NCBI GenBank assembly: GCA_964392045.1
Contig: CAYMOR010000035.1
Location: 38,201 to 70,200, forward strand
Origin: an uncultured Haliangium sp.
GTDB taxonomy: Bacteria; Myxococcota_A; Polyangia; Haliangiales; Haliangiaceae
Reading direction: 5' to 3'
Length of the DNA stretch: 32,000 nt
Below the pieces are notes generated by a model. It had not been told where the DNA came from. It did not search any database and was given only the letters and a program-made list of their open reading frames with translations. Positions 12,892 through 20,915 of the stretch are shown piece after piece. Position 1 is the first letter of the stretch. Each line of letters opens with the position of its first letter. A program made the position numbers and the translations under genes.

Positions 12892-13350
12892 GTGGATGTT
12901 GTCGTGGTCGTACTCGCGTCGCTTCTCGGCGTGTTGATCCTGGTCGCGATCTCATGGCTCGCGGGCGGCATACAAGACACCGCGCTCCACACCGTCGAAG
13001 ACGCGCAGGCACAAGCCCGCGTCGCCCACCCCAACTTTGCCGCCGAGCGGGTGCTGCTGGGGCACGACCGACGCGCGGCCCTGGTCGCCGACGAGCGCGG
13101 CGCGGCGCTCATGGCCATCATCACCCTCGGCGATCGGTTCGTCACCCGCCGCCTGCGCCCCGGCTCGCTGCAGCGCGCCGCCGTCACCGACGACGGGCGC
13201 GCCGGTCGCGCGCTGGTGCTGACCACTTCCGACCTCACCTGTCGCACCATCTCGGTCGCGCTCGATCCCGCGGGCGACGCCGCCGACGACCTCGATTTTT
13301 GGTTGGCCGCGAGCCAGCGATTGGTGACATCTTCACAGCACGGAGACTGA
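12892..13350 (+). CDS. Hypothetical small membrane-anchored protein
   Basis: 152 aa with an N-terminal TM helix (VVVVLASLLGVLILVAISWLAGG). Codon usage is GC3-rich, like its neighbours. Its stop lies 3 nt before the ATG of the next gene, suggesting co-translation. I recognise no family. Confidence 0.55.
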   Translation: MDVVVVVLASLLGVLILVAISWLAGGIQDTALHTVEDAQAQARVAHPNFAAERVLLGHDRRAALVADERGAALMAIITLGDRFVTRRLRPGSLQRAAVTDDGRAGRALVLTTSDLTCRTISVALDPAGDAADDLDFWLAASQRLVTSSQHGD

Positions 13351-13353
13351 GCC

Positions 13354-14295
13354 ATGGAGCTACCCAATCCCATCCAGTGGGCGATCCCGTTCTTTATCGC
13401 CCTCATCATCCTCGAGCTGACGCTGTGGAAGCTGCGCCGCCGCGCGCGCTACGAGACCCGCGACATGGCCGCCAGCCTCTCCATGGGCCTCGGCAACCTG
13501 ATCAGCGGCGCGCTCACCGGCGGGGTCATCTTCGCCCTCCAGCTCTGGGTCCACCAATACCGCGTATTCGATATCGGCTACAGCTGGTGGGCGTTCGTGC
13601 TGGCGTTCTTGGTGCAAGATCTGGCGTTCTACATCGGCCACCGCCTATCCCACGAGCACCGCTGGTTCTGGGCCAACCACGTCACCCACCACTCCAGCCA
13701 GCACTACAACCTCAGCACCGCCCTGCGGCAGCCGTGGCTGGGCCTGTTCACCGGCCTGTTCGTGCTCAGCTTGCCGCCGGTCCTGCTCGGCATCCCGCCA
13801 GCGCTGTACGCCTTCGTCGGCGGCGTCAACTTGATCTATCAGTTCTGGATTCACACCGAGGTCATCGACCGCATGGGGCCCCTGGAGTGGGTCCTCAACA
13901 CCCCGAGCCATCACCGCGTCCACCACGCCGTCAACCCCGAATACCTCGACTCCAACTACGGCGGCATGCTGATCATCTGGGATCGCCTGTTCGGCACCTT
14001 CGTCGCCGAGCAGCGCGCCGAGCAGCCCCGCTACGGGTTGGTCAAAAACATCCGCACCTTCAACCCGCTCAAGATCGTGAGCCACGAGTACCTGAGCATC
14101 TTCCGCGACCTGGCCAGCGCGCGCTCACTCAGCGAGGTCAAAGGCTATCTGTTCGGGCCGCCGGGGTGGAGCCCAGACGGCTCGCGCCAGACCAGCGCGG
14201 ATATCAAAGCCGCCTGGAAACGCTGGCAAGCCGGCGCCGATGGGATCGGCGCCGGCTGCAAGATTCCTAATGACGCCGCCCAGCGCGGCGCCTAA
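13354..14295 (+). CDS. Fatty acid hydroxylase/sterol desaturase superfamily membrane di-iron enzyme, alkylglycerol monooxygenase (AGMO/TMEM195)-like
   Basis: 313 aa. The histidine boxes are HRLSHEHRWFWANHVTHHSS and HHRVHH. The string HYNLSTALRQPW closely resembles the AGMO signature as I recall it. WDRLFGTF is typical of the family. Confidence 0.8.
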   Translation: MELPNPIQWAIPFFIALIILELTLWKLRRRARYETRDMAASLSMGLGNLISGALTGGVIFALQLWVHQYRVFDIGYSWWAFVLAFLVQDLAFYIGHRLSHEHRWFWANHVTHHSSQHYNLSTALRQPWLGLFTGLFVLSLPPVLLGIPPALYAFVGGVNLIYQFWIHTEVIDRMGPLEWVLNTPSHHRVHHAVNPEYLDSNYGGMLIIWDRLFGTFVAEQRAEQPRYGLVKNIRTFNPLKIVSHEYLSIFRDLASARSLSEVKGYLFGPPGWSPDGSRQTSADIKAAWKRWQAGADGIGAGCKIPNDAAQRGA

Positions 14296-14324
14296 TTCGC
14301 GTCTAGCAAGACACTAGGCCGCGA

Positions 14325-15173
14325 CTACGGGCCCGCGGGAATGCAGACGTCGTCGTCGGGGTCGAGGCCGAACTCGGCGCCGTTGTCGTCGCCGCACACG
14401 AGGTCGCCTTCGCAGTCGTCATCGCTGTCGCAGTCGCCCTGGCCGGCTTCGCACGGGCAATCCTCGGTGCAGAACTCACCCGAGCCGTTGCGCGAGTCAG
14501 GCGGGCAGCTGAGGCACAGGTCGAGGTCGGGGTCGGAGAAGCCAAACTCAGTGCCGACGTTGTTGTAGCACTCGAGGCCGGTCGCGCAGTCGCTGTCGTC
14601 GTCGCAGTCGCCTTCAGCCTCATCGCAGGGGCAGCCGGGGTTGCAGTAGTCGACGGTGCCATTGGCCGAGCTCGGCAGGCACGACGCGCACACGTCGGTG
14701 TCGGGATCTTGGCCGAACGAGGCCCCCACGTTGCGGTAGCAGGTGAGGCCGGACGCGCACTCGGTGTCGTCGTCGCAGTCGCCCTCGCCCTCGTCACAGG
14801 CGCACAGCGCCGAGCAGTAGGTGCTGGTCCCGAGCCGCTCCTCGCCGGGGCAGGCGCAGACGTCGGTGCCGGGATCGGCGTACCCGAACTCGGTCCCGAC
14901 ATTAAAGGTGCAGCGCAGGCCGTCTAGGCACTCGTCGCTCGAGTCGCAGTCGGCTTCGCCGATGTCGCACGGGCACTCTTCGGTGCAATACCCGTCATCG
15001 CCGGGCTCGCCGACGTGGCAGTCATCGGCGAGCGTGCCGACCGCGGCTTCAGACGACAGCGAGGCCGCGGCGGTGTCAGCGGGCTGAGCCTCGGGCTGCT
15101 TGTCGACGGTACACGCCGCCAGCGCAACCGCGGCGATACCCAAAAGTACGCAGGTTCGAAATCCTTGAATCAT
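14325..15173 (-). CDS. Secreted lipoprotein made of four tandem ~57-aa, 8-cysteine, Asp-rich repeats (unclassified)
   Basis: 282 aa with a lipobox (VALAAC). Four repeats follow the pattern C-x(10-11)-YC-x3-C-x-C-x2-GEGDCDxDxxC-x2-GLxC-x2-NVGxEFGxxDPxxDVC. An AAGGAG-like RBS lies upstream of the ATG. Confidence 0.8.
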   Translation of the reverse strand: MIQGFRTCVLLGIAAVALAACTVDKQPEAQPADTAAASLSSEAAVGTLADDCHVGEPGDDGYCTEECPCDIGEADCDSSDECLDGLRCTFNVGTEFGYADPGTDVCACPGEERLGTSTYCSALCACDEGEGDCDDDTECASGLTCYRNVGASFGQDPDTDVCASCLPSSANGTVDYCNPGCPCDEAEGDCDDDSDCATGLECYNNVGTEFGFSDPDLDLCLSCPPDSRNGSGEFCTEDCPCEAGQGDCDSDDDCEGDLVCGDDNGAEFGLDPDDDVCIPAGP

Positions 15174-15960
15174 TCCTTATCTCTCCTTCTCTAGACAGTT
15201 GTGGTCATTACGCGAGGGTCGCCAGTACAGCACCGACGCAGCGCTAGACGAATACAGATCATCTGAGTTTCTTAGCCACTCAAACCGATCATATCGTTCG
15301 CACAAAGCACACAAGGCACACAAGGCCGCACAAAGCGATTCGCCCCCAAGCGACTCAGCTCTTATAACTCAATGTTATTCCGACACGCAAACAAGTTTAT
15401 TATATTTTCACGAATCAGTAACCATATGTAGGCAATGTAGAGATTGATACGGAAAGATCTCATAATCGCTACAATGGCCCGCGCTCACCAGCGCCCGGTG
15501 AGGCGGCAAATTCATCAATTTCAGCTATCTAGCAGCGGGGCGCGAAACGCGTCGAGATCAGACCCGACTGCAACTGTCTGTGAAGTTACGCGATATACAA
15601 CATGGTCAATTAGTCAACATTCACCCAACGTACTTCAGGTTACTGGATATACGCATGCAATCCATTAATCAGTTTCCATATGATGTATCTTAGAAGACAT
15701 GAAATATGAGCGCCTTGCGGGATAATGCTGCGATGGTTCATCCAACCGCGAGCGTCCGCCCCGCATCGCGCACAGCACAGCGCCGATCACCTGCCCTGTC
15801 CGCGTAAAGACGAGCCCGCTTCACGCAAAACCCAAGCGCTAATTGACAGATACTGTTAGAACACAACCTGCCTGCCTCACGCGCAAACCAGCGGCGGGCG
15901 CCAGCTCGAACGCCGCGCACGCGTCACACATGCACAGCGCGCTGACGCGACCTCAGCCGC
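15174..15960. other. Anomalous AT-rich non-coding island (~0.8 kb)
   Basis: Hand counts of four 60-nt lines (15361, 15421, 15601, 15661) gave 30-42% G+C, against roughly 70% in the flanking genes. The only ORFs here are short and lack the GC3 bias of the neighbours. The island lies between the stop of the 15961-17289 gene and the start of the 14325-15173 gene. Confidence 0.8.
15300..15337. repeat. CA-rich short direct repeats (gcacaaag / cacacaagg x2 / ccgcacaaag) about 130-165 nt upstream of the Cys-repeat lipoprotein start
   Basis: Read directly from the sequence: gcacaaagcacacaaggcacacaaggccgcacaaagcg. This could be a regulator-binding array, but its function is unknown. Confidence 0.5.
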
Positions 15961-17289
15961 TCAGCGTACCGCGATGGCCGCGCACTCGATCGTGATATCG
16001 ATCGCGCCACTGTCGAACGACACCCGATCGCTGAGCACCACCGTGCGCGCGACCGACTGGGGCTGGAGGGTGAGCCGCAGGCTGGCCCGCTGCTGCGTCC
16101 CGTCCGGCTCCGACAGCACACAGCCGATCTCTGCCCCGCCGCAGTCGTCGCGCTCGAGCGCCGAGATCGCGAGCGGCTGCTGCGATGTGGCGATGATGTC
16201 GCAGTGCCCTGAGCCGGTGTCGCCGACGCCGGGCAGCACAAAGCGGTAGGTGAGGCTGCCGGCATCGAAGGGCGTGCCGACCCCATCGACCGCGCGGGCG
16301 AAGCTGCAGCTCGGCGCCATCACATACGGGCCAAAATCGCTGACCGTAAGCCCTGAGGTAGTGAGTTCCTCTGCCGGGCACGCCGGCGCGTCGCTGAGGC
16401 CGATATCGAGCTGAAACGCACCGCCCGCTTGCACCCCGTCGACCAGCACCGCAACCACCTCTCCGGCGCGCAGGAACCGAACCACCTCCGCCCCCAGCTC
16501 ACCAGACGCCGCGATGTTACAGCCCAGCTCGCGATCGCTGCAGCGAGCGCCCTCGAGCAGCCCGACCAGCGGCCTGAAGCTGCCGGCCTCGGCGCGGAAA
16601 TAATATAAGCCATCCGCTGGCGCGACCCAGTGATAAGCCCGGTCTTCCACGCCGTCGCCGCCGCACTGCACGCTGTGATCGTCGCCAAACCCCACCGTCG
16701 ACTGATCGAGCGGCACCGACTGCCCCTCCAAGTCGATGTCCGGGCACGTGACCCGCTCGACGTGAAGCTCGCCAACGCCGCGATCGCCTGCCACCCCATC
16801 GACCACCAGAATCATCGGCTGCCCGCCGGGCAGCTTCGTCACCAGCTCGGACTGCGCCAGCTCATCGATGTTGTTGTTACACGCCAGCTCAGCGCCGCCG
16901 CACTCGTCGTACACAGCCAACACGGTGTCGAAGCCGGAGCCAAAGGTATCGATGACGTAGTAGTCAGTGGTCGGCGGGGTCCACAGGAACACCTGCTCGG
17001 GGCTGCCCGCGCCGCCACAGCTATTGGTGATCGCGTCATCGGCGAGATCGGTATCGACCGGGGTGGTCCCGGTCGGCCCGCTCACCGGGTCGCTCACGCA
17101 GCTGGTGTCGATGCTGCGCGCGTCTGGCGGCGCGGCGTCGGCGGGGCCGCCGGTCATGCCGTCAGCATTGACGCGCGCGTCTGCTGCGCCACCCCCGTCG
17201 ACCGTGTCGCTGGGCGACAGCGACTCGATCCCCAAGATCTGACTACAGCCACCGACGACGACCAGCGCCAAACTGCCCCACAGATACAT
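15961..17289 (-). CDS. Secreted lipoprotein with three tandem ~120-aa Cys-containing beta-sandwich-like (PPC-like) domains
   Basis: The start is taken at internal M56 (MYLWGSLALVVVGGC, signal peptide plus lipobox). The track start at 17454 would overlap the 3' end of the upstream gene. The domain pattern repeats, for example DYYVIDTFGSGFDTVLAVYDECGGAELACNNN...ILVVDGVAGDRGVGELHVE, then GLYYFRAEAGSFRPLVGLLEGARCSDRELGCN...VLVDGVQAGGAFQLDI, then a third copy. Confidence 0.7.
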   Translation of the reverse strand: MYLWGSLALVVVGGCSQILGIESLSPSDTVDGGGAADARVNADGMTGGPADAAPPDARSIDTSCVSDPVSGPTGTTPVDTDLADDAITNSCGGAGSPEQVFLWTPPTTDYYVIDTFGSGFDTVLAVYDECGGAELACNNNIDELAQSELVTKLPGGQPMILVVDGVAGDRGVGELHVERVTCPDIDLEGQSVPLDQSTVGFGDDHSVQCGGDGVEDRAYHWVAPADGLYYFRAEAGSFRPLVGLLEGARCSDRELGCNIAASGELGAEVVRFLRAGEVVAVLVDGVQAGGAFQLDIGLSDAPACPAEELTTSGLTVSDFGPYVMAPSCSFARAVDGVGTPFDAGSLTYRFVLPGVGDTGSGHCDIIATSQQPLAISALERDDCGGAEIGCVLSEPDGTQQRASLRLTLQPQSVARTVVLSDRVSFDSGAIDITIECAAIAVR

Positions 17290-17383
17290 GAGACCGCGCC
17301 GCCAGGCAGCGCCTGCAGCCCGCGCGGCTCGCTCACGACCAAAAACCCTGTGTCCATGGCCGCAGAATAGCGTGCCTTGACCG

Positions 17384-19411
17384 CTACGGCTCGCCGTCGT
17401 CGGCGACCAAACCGAGCACGCCGCGGATATCGCTGGCGCCGCCGCCACTGCCACCGCCGAGCGGCAACTTTTCGAGCAGGCGCCCAGCCACCTCGGCCAC
17501 GCTGTCGCCGCCCAGGATCGCTAGCGGCGAGAGGTTCTTGCTCAGCGCGGCGGCCATCTGCTGCCCGGCCAAGCTCTTGAGGGTCGCGATCAGCTCGGGC
17601 GAAAGCGCTTCCATCTGGGCCCGAAACGCGGCCGAGCGGGCCTCGAGGGATGCGCGCTCGAGCGCCGCCTCGCGCTCCTCGGCCTCGAGCCGCGCCTGGG
17701 CCAAGATACGCGCGGCCTCGGCCTCGTGGCTGGCGCGGCGCAGCTTGTCGAGCTTGTCGAGCGCGAGCACCGTGTCTGTGCGCGCCAGTTCCACCTCGCG
17801 GCGCGTGGTCTCGTGCTCGGCCGCCTTCGTGAGGGTGTCGATCTGGGCGCTGTACACGTCGCGATTGACCGACTCCTTGAGCTGCTCATCGCCGAGCCGC
17901 AACTGCTCCTGCTTGCGCGTGATGGTCGAGACGATCGCCATGCGCTGGGCGTCGCACAGCATCGCCTTGACGTCCTCGTCGAGGATCTGCACATCGAGCA
18001 CCTCGACGTCGTAGACCCACATGCCGTTTTCCTTGAACAGCCGCCCCTCGCGCTCGCCGCTGTCGCCGCGCGGGCCGAGGATGGCGCTGCGCAAGATGTC
18101 GGTGCTGGTGGCGTGAAACGAGTCGATCGAGCTGGCCCGCGCCGCCGCACGGATGATCGAGCCCAGGTGGTCGCACAGCAGGCCGACGTAGTTCTTGACG
18201 CTAAACCAGCGCTCAGAGTCACCGACGAATGAGACCCGATACGACAGCAGCACTGCCAGCTCGACGTGATCGGCGGTCTTGACCCGCACCAGATCGGAGA
18301 CCTTGTTGCCCTGCACCTGCAGAAAACAGGTCGGCAGAAGCTCATCGTCGGTCTTGGGACGACCGGTCGAGAGCGTCAGCACCTCCAGCTCCTCGTCGTA
18401 GTCCAAGATGCGGGTCTGGGGGCCGGTGAGCACCTCGCGGCGGCTTTTGGCCGAGATCATCACCGCGGTGCTGGGCGGGACATAGATCGACAGCGCGCGG
18501 CTGGGATTGTGAGCGTCGGCGTCGAGCTGATACAGAACCGCGTGGCGGGCGTCGAGCCGGCGCGAGATCAGCTCCTCGCGGGTCGGGTCCACCAGGTAGT
18601 TGATCGGCCCCTCGACCGTCGAGATCTTGCCGGAGCCCAGCTCGCGCACGTAGATCGCGGCCTTCTCTGCCAGCGGGATCGGCTCGACCACCCCGACCAC
18701 ATCGACGTTATCCGTGGGAAAGAACACCCCCTCGCGACCGCGCAAGAAGATGTCCTGACCGGCGAGATAGCTGCCCGGCGGCACCTGATCGGCCTCTTTG
18801 GCCTCAAACGGCGCGATGACCCGCACGTGCAAGCCGCGGTTCTTCTCCATGCGCCAGGCCCGGCGCACATAGCTGCCGTCGCGGTTGGGGACCACCTCGC
18901 GACCGCTCGGGGGGATATAAAAGCTGCGATCGGTGCCGCGGATGATGTGCTCGCTGCCGATGGGCTCGTCGGTGCCGAGGTCATCGTACACCCGGACCAC
19001 CAAATACTCATCCTGGCGCAGCGCGTGGCCGTCCAGCACCTTGGCCTGCTGCCCCGGCCAGAGCGGGAACTCCACCGGCCCCGGGACCACCACCTTGCGG
19101 CCAAAGCGCAGCGGGATGGCCGAGTTGGCACCTTTTACCGGCTTGTCGTCCTCATTGACCGGCGGGTTCTCGAGGATGATGTACTGCGACGACGACGCGT
19201 ACGCGAACGAATACACGCCCATCCCGGCCTCCTCGCCGCGCACTGGCACGAACCGGCCGTCGCGGAGGATGATCATGCGCTCGGTGTTCGACAAGCTGAT
19301 CTTGGTGGGGCCGACGTAGAGAACGATGTCGCCTTTGGTCAAGTCCTGCACATAGGCGTACTCATTGGGGGCGACCAGAATGTCGCGCTCACGGATATCA
19401 CGATCTGCCAT
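17384..19411 (-). CDS. Major vault protein (MVP) homologue: MVP repeats, shoulder (SPFH-like), cap-helix coiled coil and cap-ring
   Basis: 675 aa from ATG 19411. By eye it is collinear with rat/human MVP at four points:
- N-terminus: ILVAPNEYAYVQDLTKGDIVLYVGPTKISLSNTERMI vs [38 protein letters not shown].
- Shoulder: EVLTLSTGRPK...VRVKTADHVELAVLLSYRVSF vs FTVLSLSAGRPK...[22 protein letters not shown], and FSVKNYVGLLCDHLGSIIRAAARASSIDSFH vs [31 protein letters not shown].
- A ~150-aa A/E/R-rich helix.
- C-terminus: FRAQMEALSPELIATLKSLAG vs FKQMTEAIGPSTIRDLAVAG. Confidence 0.8.
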   Translation of the reverse strand: MADRDIRERDILVAPNEYAYVQDLTKGDIVLYVGPTKISLSNTERMIILRDGRFVPVRGEEAGMGVYSFAYASSSQYIILENPPVNEDDKPVKGANSAIPLRFGRKVVVPGPVEFPLWPGQQAKVLDGHALRQDEYLVVRVYDDLGTDEPIGSEHIIRGTDRSFYIPPSGREVVPNRDGSYVRRAWRMEKNRGLHVRVIAPFEAKEADQVPPGSYLAGQDIFLRGREGVFFPTDNVDVVGVVEPIPLAEKAAIYVRELGSGKISTVEGPINYLVDPTREELISRRLDARHAVLYQLDADAHNPSRALSIYVPPSTAVMISAKSRREVLTGPQTRILDYDEELEVLTLSTGRPKTDDELLPTCFLQVQGNKVSDLVRVKTADHVELAVLLSYRVSFVGDSERWFSVKNYVGLLCDHLGSIIRAAARASSIDSFHATSTDILRSAILGPRGDSGEREGRLFKENGMWVYDVEVLDVQILDEDVKAMLCDAQRMAIVSTITRKQEQLRLGDEQLKESVNRDVYSAQIDTLTKAAEHETTRREVELARTDTVLALDKLDKLRRASHEAEAARILAQARLEAEEREAALERASLEARSAAFRAQMEALSPELIATLKSLAGQQMAAALSKNLSPLAILGGDSVAEVAGRLLEKLPLGGGSGGGASDIRGVLGLVADDGEP

Positions 19412-19421
19412 GGGCCTCGGT

Positions 19422-19427
19422 CTCCTT
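19422..19427 (-). promoter_or_regulatory. Shine-Dalgarno site (AAGGAG) for the MVP homologue
   Basis: The minus strand reads taAAGGAGaccgaggcccATG, a 10-nt spacer to ATG 19411. This supports the internal Met rather than the track start at 19564. Confidence 0.55.
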
Positions 19428-19692
19428 TTACTCACGGTTGGCTGGCCTCCCACAGGCCGCTCACGGCGCAGCCTGACGGCGCCCGACGAGGTCGGGCAGA
19501 GGGTGGGTCGGTCTCGTCTCATCAGCAAAGCGCGTGCCGAGCGCGAGGCCGCGCCGATACACAACCCCCTCGCGCGCTCTCTGATCGCAAATCGTACACC
19601 TGCGCCGAAATGACGCGACCGATCCGGGCCGCGGTGAAGCAGCGACCCACATGCCCTTGCCGGTGACCGCCAGCGGTGGCATCGTCGCAGCT

Positions 19693-20886
<1,194 letters not shown>

Positions 20887-20897
20887 GCGCGACGCTT

Positions 20898-20911
20898 CGG
20901 CCGCCCGGCCG
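20898..20911. terminator. Possible bidirectional terminator hairpin in the 29-nt convergent gap
   Basis: cggcc-gccc-ggccg forms a 5-bp GC stem with a 4-nt loop and no U-tract. It lies between the TDO stop (20886) and the MscS stop (20916). Confidence 0.25.
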
Positions 20912-20915
20912 TGCG

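Noticed and set aside
15174-15500. A sigma-54 (-24 GG / -12 GC) promoter upstream of the Cys-repeat lipoprotein
   Set aside because: The only GG...GC pair in the CA-repeat region has the wrong spacing, 10 rather than 12 nt offset, and lacks the TGGCAC/TTGC context.
15199-15920. Short ORFs in the AT-rich island (15199-15447 +, 15444-15668 +, 15738-15920 -)
   Set aside because: They have no RBS, no motif, and amino-acid composition and codon usage unlike any neighbouring gene. They are more parsimoniously chance ORFs in AT-rich non-coding DNA. They could still be tested by ribosome profiling.
15174-15960. The idea that the AT-rich island encodes a vault-RNA-like small RNA partnering the nearby MVP homologue
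   Set aside because: The idea is tempting because of proximity. However, I found only weak short hairpins, no promoter/terminator pair delimiting an RNA, and no similarity I can recognise to vault RNAs. It stays as a question under the island finding, not as a feature.
17290-17454. N-terminal 55-aa extension of the triple-domain lipoprotein ORF (track start 17454)
   Set aside because: It would overlap the last 70 nt of the MVP gene and place 55 non-signal residues ahead of an obvious signal peptide and lipobox that begin at M56.
19412-19564. N-terminal 51-aa extension of the MVP ORF (track start 19564)
   Set aside because: The extension is Arg/Pro-rich with no similarity to MVP. The internal ATG at 19411 is preceded by AAGGAG at ideal spacing and coincides with where the similarity to MVP begins.
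18266-19666. 466-aa plus-strand ORF, plus shorter ORFs at 17538-18014, 17726-18232 and 18933-19319, antisense to the MVP homologue
   Set aside because: These are Arg/Ala/Gly/His-rich low-complexity translations with no recognisable motifs. They lie fully inside a gene that has strong family similarity on the other strand, the typical shadow ORFs of a ~70% G+C genome.
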